Shown: positions 58,860 to 64,000 of the stretch, piece by piece
How the letters are laid out: the number at the start of each line of letters is the position of its first letter
Numbering within the stretch: the stretch's first letter is position 1
Assembly (NCBI GenBank): GCA_965205975.1
Contig: OZ242195.1
Location: forward strand, 3,936,001-4,000,000
DNA from: Candidatus Latescibacterota bacterium
Lineage (GTDB): Bacteria > Latescibacterota > UBA2968
Reading direction: 5' to 3'
Length of the DNA: 64,000 nt
Translations under genes and position numbers: made by a program
Notes under the pieces: model-generated
What the model was told of the DNA's origin: nothing
Database searches by the model: none
Seen by the model: only the letters and a program-made list of their open reading frames with translations

Positions 58860-59462
58860 TCACTTCCCTCGCCTCTCCAACTCAGCCCGATAATCTTCTG
58901 GCGTATCCAGATCCCGCAAAATACCCTCATCATCGACCGACACCTCCCTCGTATCTTGCGGGTGCCCCCGCATAATCGGCTTGAGACCCTCATCCCCAGA
59001 AAGCTCCAGAATCTCGCTCTGGTAACGCGACAAATTTATCAGCACTGGATGCCCGCGCTTGCCACCCGATATGGGAATCACAATACCCCTATCGCCTTCG
59101 CGGTATGCCCGCACCACAGCCTGAACAACGTTCAATTCAATCTGAGGCTGATCGCCAAGCGCGACAAGCACCGCATCTGCATCTGCAGGCAAATGTTGGA
59201 GACCGCAAAGAACACTGGAAAACATCCCTTCGCGGTAGGCATCATTCACACAACACAGCACGGGCCGACCGCATAAACTCTCGCGTACAGCATCTGCATC
59301 GTGCCCCAAAACCACCACCACACCAGCCAGATCAGCACCTGACAGCGTATCAACCACTGTTTGAAGAATCGTTCTATCGCCAAAAGGCAACAACTGTTTG
59401 GTTGACCCCATGCGCCGAGCCATACCCGCGGCCAGCACAAGACCGTAAATTTGCTCGTTCAT
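58860..59462 (-). CDS. MocA-like nucleotidyltransferase
   Basis: VLAAG.ARRMG..KQLL, GMFSS, LGDQP, RGHPVL, GDEG, DLDTPEDY. Confidence 0.88.
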   Translation of the reverse strand: MNEQIYGLVLAAGMARRMGSTKQLLPFGDRTILQTVVDTLSGADLAGVVVVLGHDADAVRESLCGRPVLCCVNDAYREGMFSSVLCGLQHLPADADAVLVALGDQPQIELNVVQAVVRAYREGDRGIVIPISGGKRGHPVLINLSRYQSEILELSGDEGLKPIMRGHPQDTREVSVDDEGILRDLDTPEDYRAELERRGK

Positions 59463-59653
59463 AATACCTCGGTACTATAAAGATAAGACCCACGATTGAC
59501 AAGTGCATATTTTAACAGCTTATATACCATTTCATAAACTTATAATAAAACAATAATTTATTAAAATACCTTGACTTTTTCTATTCAGGCATTAAATTTT
59601 TCGGGGTTATAAACAAACGGAACGCGGGCATCTTAAAACGCGAGGTCACACCA

Positions 59654-59887
59654 TTGATTTGCGAACAATGTGGCAAAGTTCCGGCAACAAAAGCACAAAC
59701 GCATATCGAAAACGGCATAAAGCGCGTCCTTTATCGCTGCGATACCTGCGCGACCCTTACCTCCCCGAAATTAGACCGTCCGTGCGCGCAGTGCAAACAG
59801 CGAGAAGGCGAGATTAAACTCACCCGTATTCGCCCGCATGGCCGGGTAGTTACATATATATGTCAAGCCTGTGCTGACGTAAACTAA
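59654..59887 (+). CDS. 77-aa protein with four CxxC motifs (duplicated McsA-N-like Zn ribbon)
   Basis: CEQC..PAT...I.NG..CDTCA and CAQC....I.LT.I...CQACA; GAGG RBS, TTG start. Confidence 0.65.
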   Translation: MICEQCGKVPATKAQTHIENGIKRVLYRCDTCATLTSPKLDRPCAQCKQREGEIKLTRIRPHGRVVTYICQACADVN

Positions 59888-59888
59888 T

Positions 59889-62800
59889 ATGAACCCTAAA
59901 AATTTCATTACCCCTCCTGCTGCTGACCGCCTCGTTCCATTTTGGATATGGAATGGCATAATAGAAGAAAACGAACTCGTTCGCCAAATCCGCGAAATGA
60001 GCGAAAAAGGACTTGGTGGATTTTGCCTATCAACAGGTCCTGGGCTAAAAACGCCTTATTTGTCTCACATATGGTTCGATCGCGTAAAATTGGCACTCGA
60101 AACAGCAGAAGAATGTGGCCTCCATGTCTGGATCCACGACGAATACCGCTATCCAAGTGGTATTGGATCAACCCAAATCACCTTAGATCACCCCCAATTC
60201 ATCGCACAGCAACTCACCTTTCGCGAAACCGTTGTACAGGGCGGGCAACAAGTTGACCTTACGTTGCCCTGGGCACCCGTGTTACATACACTTGCTGTTC
60301 CCTTGCGAAGAGACCGTTGTCTGTGGGAAGACAAACAAGATATCAGTGCTTATCTGGGAGTCAATCATCAACACCACGCACTGCGCGACAACAAAGCGGT
60401 ACCCGCCTACCGTCCCCACACTTATGTATCTTTTAATCCCACCCGCCGACTGTACTGGAAAGCACCTGCCGGACGTTGGCGCGTGCTCGTGTTTTTGCAA
60501 GAACCCTCGGCAACCAGCGACTGTCCTGGATCACACCTCGATAGGTTCAATCCAGAATCTGTCCGCACCCTGCACCAGACCGTTCAGCAACCCTATATCG
60601 AGCGATTTTCCGCTTATCAGGGCAAAACCTTAAAGGGCATTTTAACCGCAGAAACGCATTTCCCTAACGATCGCCTGCCCTGGTCACCCGCATTGCCCGA
60701 ATACTTCAAAACGCGCAATGGCTACGATCTCCTCTCTTGCTTGCCTGCCCTCATAACCTACTTTGGTCCCAACACGGGCCGCATTCGCTACGATTATTTT
60801 CAAACCCTGGGCGAACTGCAACAGCGACACGACAGCGCGCGTAGCGCCGACTGGTGCAAAGAGCACGACCTCAATTATGCGAGCGATATAACCCCGCTCC
60901 GCAATGCCCATCGCGCCTCTATATCCATACCTGGTACAAGCGGGGACCTCGGCGTTGAACGCGCCCAAGAATACACCGTATCATATCGCCACAGCCCGGA
61001 ATTTGCAACAGCACTCGCCGCGCAAACAAGCACTTCTCGCGTGCTCAATACCTGTTTCCAAAACGCGGGCTGGGCAACCACGCTGCAAGATATGAAAGCA
61101 CACCTCGATACTCTTGGAACCCACGGAACCAACTTCTTTGCACCTCAGGCCCTCTACTACACACTCGACGGGTTGCGCAAACACGCCACATCTCTGTTCC
61201 ACCAAAACCCCTACTGGGAACACTTCCGCCTGCTATCTGACTACGCAGGGCGACTGGCCTATCTCTTAAGCCAGGGTCATCAAGTAGCCGATATTGCACT
61301 CCTCGACCCCGTCACCAGCTTGTGGGCACATCTCGCACACCCGCTTCACAACTGGTCTTATGTCGGCTATGATCCCGATGAAGAAACACTGACCAATCAC
61401 CTTGTTGCCGACTGGGCCTGTATTGCCCGCGCCCTGTATCAGATGCAGCGGCCATTTCAAAGCCTTGACCCGGCCCTCCTTGCCCAGGCGGAAATCATCG
61501 ACCGCCAATTGCAGATCGGCAAAACGCGTTATAAAGTCCTGATCATTTCCCCCATCACCAATCTGGAACGCGAAGCTTTTGATAAGCTACGCGCATTTAT
61601 CAATGCAGGCGGTCTCGTCATCGCCCTGGGATTATTGCCCATCGAGGATATTCAAGAGGGCACATCGGTCGTCGAGGGATTTTCGCGGTTGACCGACATG
61701 GACCCCGGGCGGATGATCCGCGATTATACCGGCCACGAATCGGGCGTCCACTTGCTGAGTCGAGACAACTTCATGTTTATCCGCACGGGGGGTACTGTAG
61801 AAAAAAATCAGGCGTCCTCCATGCTGGAACGCCTGCTCGACGAAATACTGCCTCGGCGAGTACACATCATGTCAGACGGGAAAAGCGCCGACACAATACA
61901 ATATCACCACCGAACAGATGAAAAGCATCGCATATTCTTTTTTGCCAATCGGGGAAATTCGCCCGTTACAACACAAATTTTTATACCCGCCTCCGACGGA
62001 CATATAGAGAAATGGGATTTAGAAACGGGCAAACGCACACCACTTGTGGTCGAACCTGCCGGAGAAATGAGTCGCATTAACCTCTCCTTTGATCGGCTGC
62101 AATCACATATGATCGTAACCTCTCCGGGCCACCCGAAAAAAGAAAAAGAAGAGCCTCTGGTAGAAACTCTCAAACTCAATTTAACAGGTCACTGGAAAGT
62201 TGATCCAGAAGAAGATAATGCCTTGCGCCTGGACAAATTCAAAACGAAATTCGACCCGTCTAACACGGGCGTGCATCAGGGCTGGCATCAACCAGCCTAT
62301 AGCGACAGCAGGTGGCCCGAAACGCGCCCGCAATCTTTTGACAATCCAGAAGAAAAAACAATTTGTTGGTACCGAACAACCTTTGTCTCGGACATCGTCC
62401 CCAACAAACTATCTCTGGTCATGGATCGAAGTGCCATTCAGGGAGAGCACCAGATCTACATCAACGGTTCCAAATTGCCGAGCAATGCTTTTCGCCCCAC
62501 CTTCCGGTTCGATCACGCCAATGCCACATGCTCCATAGGACAACACATAAACAAAGGCAAAAATGTGATTGCCATCCGCGTGGAAGTCAACAGCCCGGGC
62601 GATGGCCTCGCCGATGCCATGTATCTCTTTGGACGTTTTCAGCTCAAATCCTGGCGAAACATCTATCCCAGGCTCACACCCTCTCAAGATAGCGGTCCAG
62701 TTTTTGACTTCAACGCGCAGGGGCTACCCTTCTATGCTGGCACCGTGTCATATACCCGAGACATCGATATCAAAACCCTGCCCACGACCACGCGTTTCAA

Positions 62801-63032
62801 AATTGACCTCGAACACACGGTAAAAAACCTCGCCGACATAGTCGAAATAATCATCAACGGCCAATCTCTGGGCGTGCGCGCCTGGGCACCTTATTGCTGG
62901 ACTGGCAAAACCGCCTATCTCAAACAAGGCAAAAATCGCGTTGTCTTCCGCGTCACCAACACACTCGAAAAACTGCTCACTGGCATGGTATATCAGCCGA
63001 AAACGCGGAAAATGGTCCCGGTTGAGATCTAA
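59889..63032 (+). CDS. GH106-like (alpha-L-rhamnosidase-like) multidomain glycoside hydrolase homolog
   Basis: PFWIWNG..E..RQI.EM...GLGGF, YLS..WF, W.HDE..YPSG, HQNPYW, C-terminal GLPFYAG.VSY and VING..LG.RAWAPY. Confidence 0.75.
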   Translation: MNPKNFITPPAADRLVPFWIWNGIIEENELVRQIREMSEKGLGGFCLSTGPGLKTPYLSHIWFDRVKLALETAEECGLHVWIHDEYRYPSGIGSTQITLDHPQFIAQQLTFRETVVQGGQQVDLTLPWAPVLHTLAVPLRRDRCLWEDKQDISAYLGVNHQHHALRDNKAVPAYRPHTYVSFNPTRRLYWKAPAGRWRVLVFLQEPSATSDCPGSHLDRFNPESVRTLHQTVQQPYIERFSAYQGKTLKGILTAETHFPNDRLPWSPALPEYFKTRNGYDLLSCLPALITYFGPNTGRIRYDYFQTLGELQQRHDSARSADWCKEHDLNYASDITPLRNAHRASISIPGTSGDLGVERAQEYTVSYRHSPEFATALAAQTSTSRVLNTCFQNAGWATTLQDMKAHLDTLGTHGTNFFAPQALYYTLDGLRKHATSLFHQNPYWEHFRLLSDYAGRLAYLLSQGHQVADIALLDPVTSLWAHLAHPLHNWSYVGYDPDEETLTNHLVADWACIARALYQMQRPFQSLDPALLAQAEIIDRQLQIGKTRYKVLIISPITNLEREAFDKLRAFINAGGLVIALGLLPIEDIQEGTSVVEGFSRLTDMDPGRMIRDYTGHESGVHLLSRDNFMFIRTGGTVEKNQASSMLERLLDEILPRRVHIMSDGKSADTIQYHHRTDEKHRIFFFANRGNSPVTTQIFIPASDGHIEKWDLETGKRTPLVVEPAGEMSRINLSFDRLQSHMIVTSPGHPKKEKEEPLVETLKLNLTGHWKVDPEEDNALRLDKFKTKFDPSNTGVHQGWHQPAYSDSRWPETRPQSFDNPEEKTICWYRTTFVSDIVPNKLSLVMDRSAIQGEHQIYINGSKLPSNAFRPTFRFDHANATCSIGQHINKGKNVIAIRVEVNSPGDGLADAMYLFGRFQLKSWRNIYPRLTPSQDSGPVFDFNAQGLPFYAGTVSYTRDIDIKTLPTTTRFKIDLEHTVKNLADIVEIIINGQSLGVRAWAPYCWTGKTAYLKQGKNRVVFRVTNTLEKLLTGMVYQPKTRKMVPVEI

Positions 63033-63988
63033 TCCTCACCTCCCAGCAAATATTTCTGCACCAGATACTGATAAATTTGCACAAAATCGCCTCGCCCATT
63101 ATCCGCGTTATAAAAATAACATATAGGATTGGGATTCACTTCCAAAACAAAATACCCATTGGAACCGGCGATCAAATCAATCGCGTAAAAACCCAAATCC
63201 AACACCCGATTTAACGCCTGTGTCAAAGCGCGAAAATCCTCCAACAATCCGTCATCCACGACCGCAATTGCTCTGCCTCCTGCCCGATGCAGCGGATTGA
63301 TATCCTCTCCCTCAATATCCGAATCATTTTGCTTTTCATATGCGAGCAACAACTCATCCTCACTGCCCACAATGCGATACTCAGGTCCCTCAACATAAGC
63401 CTGGATCAACAACACATTGTCAAATCGGCTACTTTCCTCACACAACGCTTGCAAACGCGATTGCAAATCCTCCGCATTCGCTTCCAAATACACGCCCTGT
63501 GCCATAGAGCCGTGATTGCGTTTCAGCACAACGGGAAAAGACATATGTTGCACCACATCGCTCACAATATCTGCGACAGAAGCATGCGTCTTATACCGAT
63601 CAAACCGCCGGTCAGATAGAGGATTAAACACCGTCATCGTCCTGGGCACTGTGATATTCGCTCGATCAAACAACTCGTATTGATATCCTTTATCTTCGGC
63701 CAACTTCCCAGAAACATAATCGTTAAACGGATGTTTATTTCGCAAAAAATACAGCGGCTTTCCGTCTCTCGCCACTCGAATCACATTGCCATTTGCCGAT
63801 ACCGCCTCATACCCGACGCCCAAATTGCGACACGCGATTTCAAGACATTGCAAACTCTCTAAAATCACATCCTCCCCAAAACTATCCACCTCTCTGGGCA
63901 AATCCAACACCTCGCGTGCCAACGCCACCAGATGCAGCGACCCGAGTACACACGTAGGCTGTTGGGACACCTCAGTCAAAAAATCCAA
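63029..63988 (-). CDS. ATP-grasp protein (RimK/cyanophycin-synthetase-like); start uncertain at window edge
   Basis: DK, FPVVLK.N.GS.AQGV, LIQAYVEG.EYRI, AIDLI..VLEVNPNP. Confidence 0.82.
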   Translation of the reverse strand: MDFLTEVSQQPTCVLGSLHLVALAREVLDLPREVDSFGEDVILESLQCLEIACRNLGVGYEAVSANGNVIRVARDGKPLYFLRNKHPFNDYVSGKLAEDKGYQYELFDRANITVPRTMTVFNPLSDRRFDRYKTHASVADIVSDVVQHMSFPVVLKRNHGSMAQGVYLEANAEDLQSRLQALCEESSRFDNVLLIQAYVEGPEYRIVGSEDELLLAYEKQNDSDIEGEDINPLHRAGGRAIAVVDDGLLEDFRALTQALNRVLDLGFYAIDLIAGSNGYFVLEVNPNPICYFYNADNGRGDFVQIYQYLVQKYLLGGED

Positions 63989-64000
63989 TCCCCCAGTTTC

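Overview
Bacterial chromosomal window. The + strand looks strongly C/A-rich whichever way genes face; cadherin, sulfatase and many TA fragments suggest a host-associated diderm, but the taxon cannot be established from sequence alone. The housekeeping backbone is: degP-like protease, M24 peptidase, xerD-uvrC-phosphoesterase, a his operon (hisG-D-C-[enolase-family gene]-B-HAD phosphatase), a ~16 kb surface-glycan locus, serS, tRNA-Met, nfeD-floA, tRNA-Leu, flavoprotein, sulfatase, ALDH, DHDPS-like, MocA-like, GH106-like and ATP-grasp genes. Small accessory cassettes and short repeats are scattered through it. Best candidates for undescribed systems: (1) downstream of tRNA-Leu, a WYL regulator, a DriD-like GAC-N7-GTC palindrome and a three-module AAA+ ATPase; (2) a 62-aa peptide, a terminator-like hairpin and a papain/C39-like protein split by an IS3 element (553 aa once the IS is removed); (3) an NCS2 permease fused to a degenerate HATPase-like domain, behind a secreted 4x Cache protein; (4) an integrase-less cassette array bounded by repeated tRNA-Met 3' ends and terminators; (5) stand-alone toxin-tip/immunity-like pairs. 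Also present: a Septu/retron-effector-like ATPase+HNH pair with no RT, an Rpn gene with an internal SD+ATG, and an 81-bp promoter duplication. Family assignments come from recalled motifs, not database searches.
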